Shown: positions 41,784 through 54,970 of the stretch, one piece after another
How positions within the stretch are numbered: position 1 is the first letter of the stretch
Layout: every line of letters begins with the position of its first letter
Made by a program: the position numbers and the translations under genes
The notes under the pieces: model-generated
The model's input: the letters and a program-made list of their open reading frames with translations, nothing else
Told to the model about the DNA's origin: nothing
Databases searched by the model: none
NCBI RefSeq assembly: GCF_009914755.1
Contig: NC_060940.1
DNA: 64,000 bases
Direction: 5' to 3' (one strand)
Source of the DNA: the human T2T-CHM13v2.0 reference genome, Homo sapiens

Positions 41784-42667
41784 AGAACAAACATGTATAC
41801 TGAGCTCTCACCATGTGCCACACCCTGTTCTGGGGTGTGATAATAGTTCTTTCATTTTATTCCCACAACAGTGGGAGTATGTAGTGATACTCCAGGTTGT
41901 GGCTGGGAAAGACTCAAGAGAAACACAATAGCTGTTCAAGTGTCTGGTGCTTCTGTGTGGGAAACAGGGGTGCACCCAGGTCTGAGTGTCTCCAAGATGA
42001 GGGGCTCGTTCATCCCCGCTGGGTCAGTTTACCGCAGAAACGTGTGGGCAGACTCCACCTCCAGGTCCCGGAGATGCTGAGGGCCATTTGAGACCATCAT
42101 CACTAGCTCTTTGCCAGGGCTTTCGTTGTTCCTGAACCTGACTTCCCTAGAACCTCAAGGGCAGAGCAAATTCTCTGGAAGGAGCGTCCAGGGCACTGTC
42201 CTCCTGCCCGGGTGTGACTTCAGAGCGTGGGTCCCCCAGGTATGACTTCAGAGCATGGGTCCGGTGCCCTTCCTTGGACACCATCAGCAGAAGCCTGAGA
42301 CTCTACCATGAGGGCATCTAGCATCCCTGGGTGAACTTGCCACGAGGCTGCACGTCCCTCTTCAAGGGCACAGCTGGCACGCTGCTGAGCCAGTATCAGG
42401 CACTCGGATTTACGACTCATGGCCCCACACTCAGCTCTGTGGCTGGTTGTACTCTGTTCCTTGAAATAAACCTGTAATAAACCTTTTCCTTGAAATAGCT
42501 TCAAAATGTGGCTGGGTCAGGGCCACGACCAGTGAGGTCAGCCTGTTCCAGGGAACAGAGCAGGACTTTCAAGGAACTGAGGTTGGGTTGTTCAGTGGAA
42601 CCATGACATTGAGGCCCTCAGGCCTACTCTTTGCTTCCACTTGGTCACCTGGTACTTTGTCTTGCAG

Positions 42668-42832
42668 GCTTCGCCGTGGCCCAGTGCATAAACCAGCACA
42701 GCTCCCCGTCCCTGTCCTCACAGTCGCCACCCTCCGCCAGCGGGAGCCCCAGCGGCAGCGGGAGCACCAGCCACTGCGACTCTGGAGGCACCAGCTCGTC
42801 CTCCACCCCCTCCACAGCCCAGAGTCCAGCAG
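42668..42832 (+). CDS. CLEC16A: CLEC16A coding exon (exon 23), Ser/Gly/Pro-rich: GFAVAQCINQHSSPSLSSQSPP...STAQSPA
   Basis: CTTTGTCTTGCAG|GC acceptor, CAG|GTATTG donor at 42833. 165 nt, phase 1-1. Confidence 0.95.
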
Positions 42833-45428
42833 GTATTGGCCACGTGACTCAGTGATATGGGGACATTTGGAGAACCCCGTGATCCCTCACCATTACCAAA
42901 ACCCCTGACCTCCAGGTCCTCCTTGTCACAGCACTTGAAGGATGCTGCCGCTCAGGTGATCTGCACATGAAGCCTCTAGAGATTCCTCTAACTTGATGTT
43001 CCCTCCCAGGCTGGGTCAGCTCCCAGATGGGGAAGAATTGCTCCTTTTTCAGGCCGGTCCCCACCGAAGCTGTCACTGACTGCAGAGCTGATGGGCAGCA
43101 GGCGGGCTGCACCTAAACCCACCCTATCATCACCTCCACAGTCTTAGGTGTCACAAGGAGGGGTCTCCCAAGGGGATTGTTTGCAGTCTAGGAAAAGAAT
43201 CGCGTTCCTGCTGATTTTTTTTTTCCTCTGTAACATACCAGTTTTGTCCTTAAATGTGGTGCGGTCCAGTTGTTCGAGTAGGCACGCACTTTGCCACTCT
43301 TTGGTAGGATGTGATGAAGTCGTATCTTGCCATCCTTCAACTTATTCCACTTCAGACATGGCACAGAGGGAACCCGGGAGTGAATGGGAGCCCCTGGAGT
43401 CAGCCTGGAATGGGACATGCACCAGCTCCTCGTTCTCGGCTGCCGTGAGCTATTCGCTGTGTGAGATGTGGGGAAGTACAGACACCAGGCCTCTGGCACA
43501 ACATGGCCCCAAATTGTAGCCAGAGGAGCAGGGATGAGCATCCATGGCCTTGAGCCAGCAGGATGTTCTGTGCCCCAGCAGCATCCCCCCGCCATGGGTC
43601 GGGGGGTCACACCAACTGCCTGCACCTCTGACTGGAGATCCTTAGTATCCTTCACTGTTCCTGCAAGTTCCCCTCCAGAGCCCTCACTCATCATATTTCA
43701 GGGGCACGTGGCCCACCTCTCATTGAGTTCTGGATTGATTGATCATGGCAGGAGGACACGGGCTACTGCAGAGCCAGGGAGGTCGAGGGCCCTTGGTCAC
43801 CATCCTCTCAGCACCAGGAGCCAAGATCTCCCTGGGCACCTACACCTCTCTCTTGGGCACTTCCAGCTTTTGCATTTCCAGTTCATGCCTGTGGCTCAGA
43901 GCACCCCAACCCACCTGTGTCTCTCCCATCCACACACAATGTTACCTGCACTTCATATTGACTTCACGAGGCCCAGGCAGGAAAGTCACCCCACAGCCAC
44001 CTCACTGAGAGATCCTCTTCCACTCGGCACCTGCTCCAGGGCATGACCACCCCTTCTGAGCTATTTCTGAGCCCAATTTAAGGTTGGCTGCACATCCAAG
44101 CAGATGCCACCCCTGTTGCCAGGCTTGTAGCTGGGAAACTCCAGCAGAGCTTCTTTCAGAAACTAAGACGCACCCTCAGTAGCCCTCTTGATCCCGTTTC
44201 ATGCTTGCTCAGGGGCGGGCATGCAGGGTTGTGTGTTCATGCACCCCAACGCACATATTTACCGTTGCACTGGGGATGAAAGCTTCCTTGCCCTTGTAGC
44301 TGTGGTCACCTTTCTGTCATTTTTAAGGACGTACAGCCAACAGCTAAGTGAACAAACAGCCATATACTTCTTTGCCTAAAGTTAACACCGGCAAAGACCC
44401 ACAGTATCAAAAATGATCAAAAATGGGCTTCTGTATATGGATGTCTACCTGAATGTGACCCCTGAGGCTTCAACTCTGCACTTTCCCAGGGCCTGGTGTC
44501 TGCAGTGTGTGCTAGTTTCTTTTTTCTTGGCCTCCCTCAGCCCCTCTGTCCCTACCCCCACCATCCCCTGCATGGTACCAGCGTAATGTCTTCTCATCTC
44601 AGAAATCCAGTGGCTATTAACTTGGCTGTCAGGTGGCCAGGCAGTTCCAGTCAATAAGTGAGAGTCAGGACCTCCGAGGTGTCTGCTCCCATTTGGTGCG
44701 TCCCCAGCAGGCCTGCGGAGACAAGTGTGTAGGTCCCCATTCTTTATGCAGCATGACAGTAAAAGCCTGAGGCCCAGCCTGCCTGTCTGGCTCTGCAGAC
44801 ACTGAGACAACTCACCTGATGAAGGGCCATGCCCGGTGGGCAGCCTGGGCTTTACTCTTACAGATGCCTCAGGATGCAGCTATTGATCCCTGGCAGGAGA
44901 GCTCATCAGAGCCCACAAGCTCCTCCCTGTCTTGAGGCCAGACTTCTAGGCCAGCCTGCAATCTCCCTCCCAGTCCACCCAGACCAAAGCATATGGGCTT
45001 CCCATGTTCCTTGTAGGGATGGGCCTAACCAGATGGCTCCAACATCTGCCTGCTGTTCCAGCAAGCCGCAGAGGAGAGAAAGCCAAGGACAGGAGAAGGG
45101 AGACAGCTTTGTTGGGATAGGAGCCCTTCTGCCAGTTGCTTGATTTGACATTGGCTCAGAGTGCGACTCAGCATTCAGGCTTCTGATGAGGGAAGGTCAC
45201 CCTGCGTGGCTCGCTCACCCAACTTTCCACCCACCAGGGACCTGGCCCTGATCCACCAGAGATGATATCCTTGGAGGGCCAGCCAGGCAGCGGGGTGGGC
45301 CAGGGCCTCTCCTCCAAGCTCATTCATCCTAACCGCCCACTGCCTTCAGCCTGGACAGCAGAAGACAGCTGCAGCCCCCTACAAGGGGCAGCATGTCCTC
45401 AAAGTGGTTTTTGAGGGTACAGTGCTAA

Positions 45429-46086
<658 letters not shown>

Positions 46087-46164
46087 TAGCCACGGCAGGG
46101 CCTTCTCAGTGTGCACCTGCTGTGTGGCGTCCCAGTAGATACTCCTCCTGAAATTGAGCCCACC

Positions 46165-46335
46165 TGTGCCAGACACCATGCTTATAGGCACTTCACAGAT
46201 GTCCCCTTGTTGAATCCTGCCACACTCCGCCTCACATTGTACAGTAGAAAACACAGGGGCCCAGAAAGGCTGTGCAACTTGGCCCAGAGGATGCAGCTAG
46301 CCAGCAGAGGAGCCAGGATCTGAAGCCTAGCCTTG
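46165..46335 (-). mobile_element. MIR SINE fragment
   Basis: ATTGTACAGTAGAAAACACAGGGGCCCAGAAAGG...AACTTGGCCCAG. Confidence 0.55.
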
Positions 46336-48024
46336 GCAGCCCTAAAGCCCATGCCAGCAGAATATCCGATGCGGTTTCCAAGACTGTCTCAGGCACCTCC
46401 AGGGTGTCGCAGAGACCCGGGCCCCGATCTGGATCCTGGTTGGAGGCAGCCCATGAAGTATGTTTCTCCTTCCAACGTGCGTGGCTGCTCTAGGGCCCAA
46501 GTGAAAAGTCACGGCCCCACTCGTGAAGGCCTGCTAACATGTACAACCCCAGCCAGCAGAAGGCTGGGTGGTGTGAACCCCTGGGGGAGGAAGGCCTGGT
46601 GCTTTCCTAAAATCAGCAGCAAAGTGGACCCCAGGGAGCCCACGTGGGTTCATCCCACATGAGGCAGTGAAACCAGCTGATGCTCAGTTGGGTTTTCCGC
46701 CTCCAGCCTGCGTCCAGCTCAGGGGACCTTAGATTTCCTGCCTGAGTTTGAAAACTCTCCACATTTATCCCAAACACGTTCTCACCTTCCCGTGGGGACC
46801 TCAGCCTGGCTCCCAGGATTTAGGCTCAGGCTGTCCTCTTGGTTTTGTGGACTTGAGACCTGATCCAAGAGATCTCTCCACCCGCCCGGCCCACACGTGG
46901 CCTTCCAACCTCTTAGTGGCTCATCTCCCTGCATCTTATCTTCCCTGGGTTTGGGCACCCCACTCCCTGTCTCAGTGAATTATTGTTTTCCAAGCAAGCA
47001 GGATTAGGATAAGTCCCTACTGTGCACAGCATTCGGGATACAATGTGGCAAAAAGCATGATCTTGCAGGCAGGCGGGGTGGCTGAGGCCTATCAGGTGGC
47101 CACCCAGAGGCATGTGCAGTTACAAACCGTGACAAAGGAAAGGTGCAGCAGGTTCTGACAGCCGATGCAGAACAGTGCGGGAGGCTCCCAGAGGTGGCAT
47201 CGCTGCAGATGACAGCCGGGGGATGAGGGGTTGGTGAGGCCCTGGTCCGTGAGGAAGGTGGCCTTTGGGTCTCACATGAGGCCACCAGGGTCCCAAACCA
47301 CATCTCCTAGAGACCAGTGGATTCCTTTTGCCCATCTCCCTGGGGTCTGCCTGTACATTCTGTCTTCCCAAATGCAGACGGGCCGTGGGCAGGGGGGAGG
47401 ACACTTTTGAGGAACATTCCCCATGCCCATCAGGGCCGCGGCCTATAGCCCAGCGGTAGCTTCAGGCCCAGTACAGGTGAGGGCCTCTCAGCTGGAAGGG
47501 GGAAGGGGACAGCCCCGAGGGGTCACTGACTCCCTGGTCACCCAGAGGCTCCCTCCGTGTGCAGCACCTGCCTCTGAGCCTCCTTCGCACGCCAGAGGCA
47601 GAGCTATGGGTGCCCTGGAGTGGCTCTTTCAGTGCTGGCCCCAGACCAAAGGGAGAGTCAACACCGAACTCCCTGATGACCCGAGCAACTGTGCCCCAGG
47701 GCACTTTAATGGCCAGTCCTTTTGAGAAGTGTGGTGAGATCCTCCAGTGCTCTGTGGGGAGAGCCCGACACCCTCCCCACGAAGTGTCCAGGAGCCAGGC
47801 ATCTTGTCGCCCACACATCCAGCAGAGCTATCCTGGCAGGCCTCAGCCAGCCCCTAGTGAGAAAATTGCAGGGTTGGAATCAGCATTTTTTCCCCTTAAA
47901 CATTTTATGGTTTTGAGAAGCTGAACTTGCAAAGAATATACAGCGGGAAAGTGAAAAAAGACCCAATTTTAGAACCACATGTGGGGCCACAGGAAAACGT
48001 TAGAAATATCTTCTGGTATACCAC

Positions 48025-48622
48025 TGTGCACCCACACAGTGACACTTCTGCATACACACAGTCACACATGCCAATGCGCATGTTCATACAGCCACACATA
48101 CAAATGTGCATGCATAGTCACACTCCCACACAGTCACACACATGCCAGGGCACATACACACTCACACATACAAATGTGCATACATAGTCACACACACCAG
48201 TACACATACACACTCACACATACAAGTGTGCATGCATAGTCACACTCCCACACATACACAATCACACACATACCAGGGCATACACACACTCACACTTACA
48301 AATGTGCATGCATAGTCACACTCCCACACACATACATGCACACAGTCACACACATGCCACTGCACATGCTCACATACACAAATTTGCATGCATAGTCACA
48401 CACACATACACAGTCACACATGCCACTGCACATGCTCACACAGTCACACATATACAAATGGACTTACATAGTCACACTCACATACACAGCCACATTCACA
48501 TACATGCACACACTCATACAGTCACACGCATACAAATGTATGTACGTGGTCACACACACATACCTGCACCTACACATACACACTCACACATAGATGCACA
48601 CAGTCACATACACACACACACT
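48025..48622 (+). repeat. Degenerate CA/TA-rich tandem array, ~600 bp, recurring unit CACACATACAAATGTGCATGCATAGTCACAC
   Basis: Direct observation. Confidence 0.9.
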
Positions 48623-48816
48623 CTGAGTGAGATGCCGATAGGAAAACCATCTCCTCAGATAAGAACTCTGACCTACAGTGAGTTCCTTAAATAGCCCACT
48701 CACACCTCTGAGCTCCAGATTAGTTGGAGTTCACATACATTCCAAGTGAACTACCTTGGGGAAGACAGAAAACTGTTTGATCAAAAATGAGGACAGTGTG
48801 AATGTCAGCCTGCTTA

Positions 48817-49384
<568 letters not shown>

Positions 49385-50437
49385 TCAGATGACCTGAAAC
49401 CCACCCACATGCCACTCAACTCGGTCACCACTGTCCCGCTGGAGTTTTAAGGACAGAAACCCCAAGTAAGATATCGTCCCTTTTCTCAGTTTTCTCTGTG
49501 GCATCATCCTTTTTTATTGTGGTAACATACGGGTAACATAAACTACCATTTTCGCCGTTTTTCAGTGTATAGTCCAGTGGCATCTAAGGACCTTCACATT
49601 GTAGTGCTCTATGGCGTCACATTCAAGCTGTGTGCTCACCCGCCTTCATCTCCGAGAGTGTGGTTTCTCCCTTCGCAGTGAGATGCTCCCGACGTTTTTA
49701 TTTCAGCCAATTAGAAGCCCCACTCGGCCACCTGGCACCTGGTCTCCGCTCTCCTGCTGTGGTTCAGTCTTGATTTTTCAAAGGCACGGGTCACCAAGTC
49801 GCTGCCCAGTTAGGTGGCTGAGGGAGAGGCTCGTGGAGAGGCTCGTGGAGCGCCTCGAGCATCTGAGCTTTCTCAGGACTCGGAGCTGTGCTGTTGGCGT
49901 CAGCGTGTGACACCAAGAACCTCCTCACTTGGGGTCAGAAATCTGCTTGATTCACTTAGCTGGTTTGATGCCAGTCCTCCAGCCACACACCCTGCCCTCC
50001 TCACACTGTCCTGAGGATGCCGGGTTTTCGTGTCCTGACTCCTGGGCCATGTCTAAAACTGACAGGTGATTCTGTTCTTCCGTCCCCTGAGGCTTCCGAC
50101 CAAGACCAGATGTTGCGGATGAACCCATCTTTCCTTTCCAACAGGACTCCACCTTCTCTGCCCCTAACCCGGTTAAGTTGCACGAGTGAACAATTTGGTT
50201 CTCAGCGATCCCGACCCTGCCTCATCCTGGGGGTTGCATGGGGGGTGTCTTCTCTGCATGGGGGGCCAGCGCCCCATGCACCGGTGGCCACAAGCCCATG
50301 CTGGGCACTGCCCCACGACCCTCGCCCCTCGTCAGTGCTCAGCGTCCGCTGCTGCTCAGTGTCCCCTCCATGTCGCCTCTGCCGTCCCATTGTTAAAGGC
50401 TTTCTATGATCTGTCGCTGTGTTTTCCCTCTAGTCAG

Positions 50438-50557
50438 GAGTGGCAGGAAAGGACGCCGACGAGTGTTCAGCCTGTCGGAGGCCGACAGTCATGGCGGCCA
50501 CTGGGTTTAGTGCTCCGAACGGCAGCTGCCACGGCACCTCACGCACAGTCAATTCAG
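50438..50557 (+). CDS. CLEC16A: Alternative 120-nt in-frame exon with GC donor: (G)VAGKDADECSACRRPTVMAATGFSAPNGSCHGTSRTVNS; second acceptor at 50434
   Basis: GTTTTCCCTCTAG|TCAG| tandem acceptors; CAG|GCAGGT GC-type donor; phase 1-1 joins exons 23 and 24 in frame. Locally CpG-rich, with internal gtcATGG at 50491. Confidence 0.65.
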
Positions 50558-52731
50558 GCAGGTCTCCCCTGTGAGCCGCTCGGGCCGCGACGTCCACTCG
50601 CCACGCTGCATTTCCACAGTCGGCAGGGTCCGCGCTGGCAAGGTGGGCCAAGCTGGGCCTGAGCACAGAGCCATTTGCCAAGGCGGCACTTCCCCATTTT
50701 CCCCCAAAGTTGGTTCTCCCTGCTCCCTGTCTGGCCTCACCTCATGTGAAGACCAGATCCCCGGCCCTTGACCTTCGCGACAGTCCTTCACCTTCGCGAC
50801 AGTCCTTCTGAGCCAGACCTGTACAGCCTGGAAACGCTGTCCTTCTCTGTGACATGTGCACCAGTGTCAGGCTCGGCCCGGGCCAGAAGCAGATGCTCCT
50901 GCCAAGTCCCCCAGGGGTCCCCCCAGTTTAGGCCATGGGGGTTGGGCGGCAGTTGGCTGGCAAAGTGAGAATTTGTAGAAAGCAACCAAGAAGTCTCCTC
51001 ATTTCTTTTTTCCTTTCTTCCCCTAGTCTTGATCTAAGATAAGTGGCAAATTCAGTCCTGTTTTGACCGGAAGCCAAGAGCCATTTCCCTCATAGACACA
51101 TGGATGGATGTGGCCCCACCATCTCCCTTTCTGAGTGGCACCCACACAGCAGTGAGGCTGATCCATGGGCCACCACCCAGCAGCCTGGCTCGCTGTCGGG
51201 GCCATCCCTGCTGCCTCCCCTATGACGCTTCTTCTGTGGTTTCTGATGCGCTTTTCTCCATTGGCCGTTGCGCTTGTCTGCTGGGAGCCTTTGCCTTCTT
51301 TTGTGTTGAAATCCTATTTTCTCTGAGCTTTGCCCTCCACTTGCTCTACAGGTACCATCCTTTTCTTCCCCACAACACTCAGCCCCACCTTTTCCCAGCC
51401 CAGCACAACAAATCCAAGTTTTTGCTGGAAGTCACCATTTGCTTGACAAGGATGTGTTAAGGCCCCACCCTAGGCCTGCAGATCAGTTTCTGAGGTGCTG
51501 GCCAGGCACATGGGGGACCTGCTGCCTTGGTGTCCTCACTGGCCACAGCCACGGGATGTCTGTCCGCTGCTTATGGAAACGTGGCCTTCCTGAATGTCCC
51601 ATTACCCCCTCGGCTCTGTCTCCCCAGCCCGTGGCCAGGAAGTCAGACTTTTCTCCAAATCCCTCATTTCCTGAGCCTGGCCTCAACTTGTGGCCCTAGA
51701 GTTCAAAAACACCAGCAGGCATGAAGCCAAGGCTTCACCAGTAACTTTTGCAGCTCAGCACTTGACTAGAAAAAAGTGTCCTCACTGGGTAATTTTCCCC
51801 CCAATGAAAACCTGGCAGAGTTCTCCTTTTTCACCTGCCTTGGTTGGATACCCTTGTAGATCAAGTTCAGGAAGCAGTTCTTAAACAACAACAAGGCCAT
51901 GTCATAGGTGATGGGTAAGAAGAGGTTATTTTTTCCCTATTTAAAAAGAGGCTACTTTTAGCGGGGAAACCAACCCTTTTAATAAAAATTGTTGGTCCTT
52001 TTCCTGAAGAAGAAATCAGTTCTGTGCGCATGCTATTGTTAGTTGGTTTGCTCTTTTTGATATATTTGCCTACAAGGTTTCCACATCCCTGATTATTCTC
52101 ATAACCAAACACCCCATTAAGGAGCAGGGAACGAAGTTGGCCAGCTTCTTTGAATATCTGCATGCAAATGCAGACTTGAGCAAAGAGAGAAAACACTTAC
52201 ATCGAAATTTTAAGAAAACGTGAAGGTAACGCTTGGCTACTTTGTCTCCAGATGGTAGGACAGTGCCATTTGGGGAATTAGTCATTTCTAAACTGCCTCC
52301 TCAGCAGCAAAATTTATGTGTGGATCCACATGTGTGTGAGTTTGTCACAGGTCTGCTCATGCCCATTCGAAGCAAGGGCAGAGGCCACCAGAGCAGGTGA
52401 GCACTGCTCAGGGAACCACAGGTTCTGAGGAACAGCAGGCAGATCGTGCTAGGTCAGGGCGCACGCCTGAGCTGAAACCAGCCCAGCACCGCAAGCCATC
52501 CTTACTGAATGGAGCAAATCAGTTGAAATTCAAAGAAACCAGAATTCGCATGTAGTGTTTACTCAGCATTTCTGGGCTCAGATCACACCTCAAATCACTT
52601 TTTCCACTAGTGTTCACCGATGCCCATTGCCACCCTCCCAGAGCGAGGACCAAAGCCTCATGCAGTGGTTTCCTCTAGATCTCTCTCTCTCTCTCTCTCT
52701 TTTAAAAAAGACATTAGGAAGAAATTAATTG

Positions 52732-53059
<328 letters not shown>

Positions 53060-53598
53060 TCATCTTGCCCAGAGTCTTGTGGGGAGAAATGCCGGTGTGT
53101 GCTTTGAAATCCAGTCTGTCTCTCGTGCTTTCGCTCCGTGATGGGAGCTCTCTTCCTCTCCCTCTTCCCTTTCTATATGCTGCCTGCTTTTATTTCGTTC
53201 TTTGTTTTTCCATTATTTTGCTTTATGTTCCATTTGCTCTTCTGTTTTATTTTGGCCTGACTTAAAAGAGAAAATAAAAAACTAAACTGGAATCACGTTG
53301 AACAAAAAAAAATTCTACCATGCTTCCCGGGTCCCAGGCTGCTGTCAGACTCTTAGCTCGATATAGCATCGTCAGCACCTCCCGCCATGGCTTGGGGACC
53401 CCCAGCTCTGTGCAAATGAGAATTTGCCTCCAAGCAGGATGCCCACTGTCTTCTTCTCAATGTTTTTAAACACCCGGCATCTGAAGTGCTGGAAGATGTT
53501 TTCCACAATGAATTCCAGCTGCATCTGGTGTTTCTGTTCAGGCAGGCTCATCACTGGAAGGCAAATGGGCCAGCATGTGTCTGTAGGATTTTGAAAAG

Positions 53599-54145
<547 letters not shown>

Positions 54146-54614
54146 TTAATATTGCAGTGGGTTCCCTCTTGGGTAAATGTCATCAAATGTATACTCTGGA
54201 AATGGCCTGATATTACGAGCACACCCAAGCCCATTTACTTCCCAAACAAGTATTTATCATCAGGCAGGCCTGAGATTTGCCCACACATAAAGCCTGTCAG
54301 CTGGGTCTCTGCACCCAGGAACTGTGCTTTCATAAGCCACATGCTGATTTTGCACAGGCCCTGAATTTTCCCCTCATATCACAAGTCAGGGTAACCCTAG
54401 GCCCTGCTGTATTTTCCCCAGGCCTAAGTCAGACTGGATTTTGCAGGTTCTGTGTCCCCAAAAGGAGTGAGTGGAGCCACGCTGAGCCCTCACGCCAGCC
54501 AGCCACCTCCCACCTAGCTCACCAGGGCCGCGGTTCAGGATGGGAGCACAGGGCGCAGTGCGACGGGGTGTCTCAAGGGCTCAGTGTGTTTCCGGTTTTT
54601 CTCCCCCAATCCAG

Positions 54615-54970
54615 ATGCCCCCATGAGTCCAGAACTGCCTAAGCCTCACCTTCCTGACCAGTTGGTAATCGTCAACGAAACGGAAGCAGACTCTAAGCCC
54701 AGCAAGAACGTGGCCAGGAGCGCAGCCGTGGAGACAGCCAGCCTGTCCCCCAGCCTCGTCCCTGCCCGGCAGCCCACCATTTCCCTGCTCTGCGAGGACA
54801 CGGCTGACACGCTGAGCGTCGAATCGCTGACCCTTGTCCCCCCAGTTGACCCCCACAGCCTCCGCAGCCTCACCGGCATGCCCCCGCTGTCCACGCCGGC
54901 TGCCGCCTGCACAGAGCCCGTGGGCGAAGAGGCTGCATGTGCTGAGCCTGTGGGCACCGCTGAGGACTGA
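54615..54970 (+). CDS. CLEC16A: CLEC16A terminal coding exon (exon 24): DAPMSPELPKPHLPDQ...AEPVGTAED*
   Basis: TTTTTCTCCCCCAATCCAG|AT acceptor, in frame with exon 23, TGA 54968-54970. Recognised CLEC16A C-terminus. Confidence 0.96.

Noticed and set aside
48025-48622. Repeat-spacer-like appearance (CRISPR-like)
   Set aside because: Intervening sequence is the same low-complexity CA material, not unique spacers; eukaryotic context with no cas genes.
47927-48694. His/Thr-rich ORFs
   Set aside because: Translation of the CA-rich repeat.
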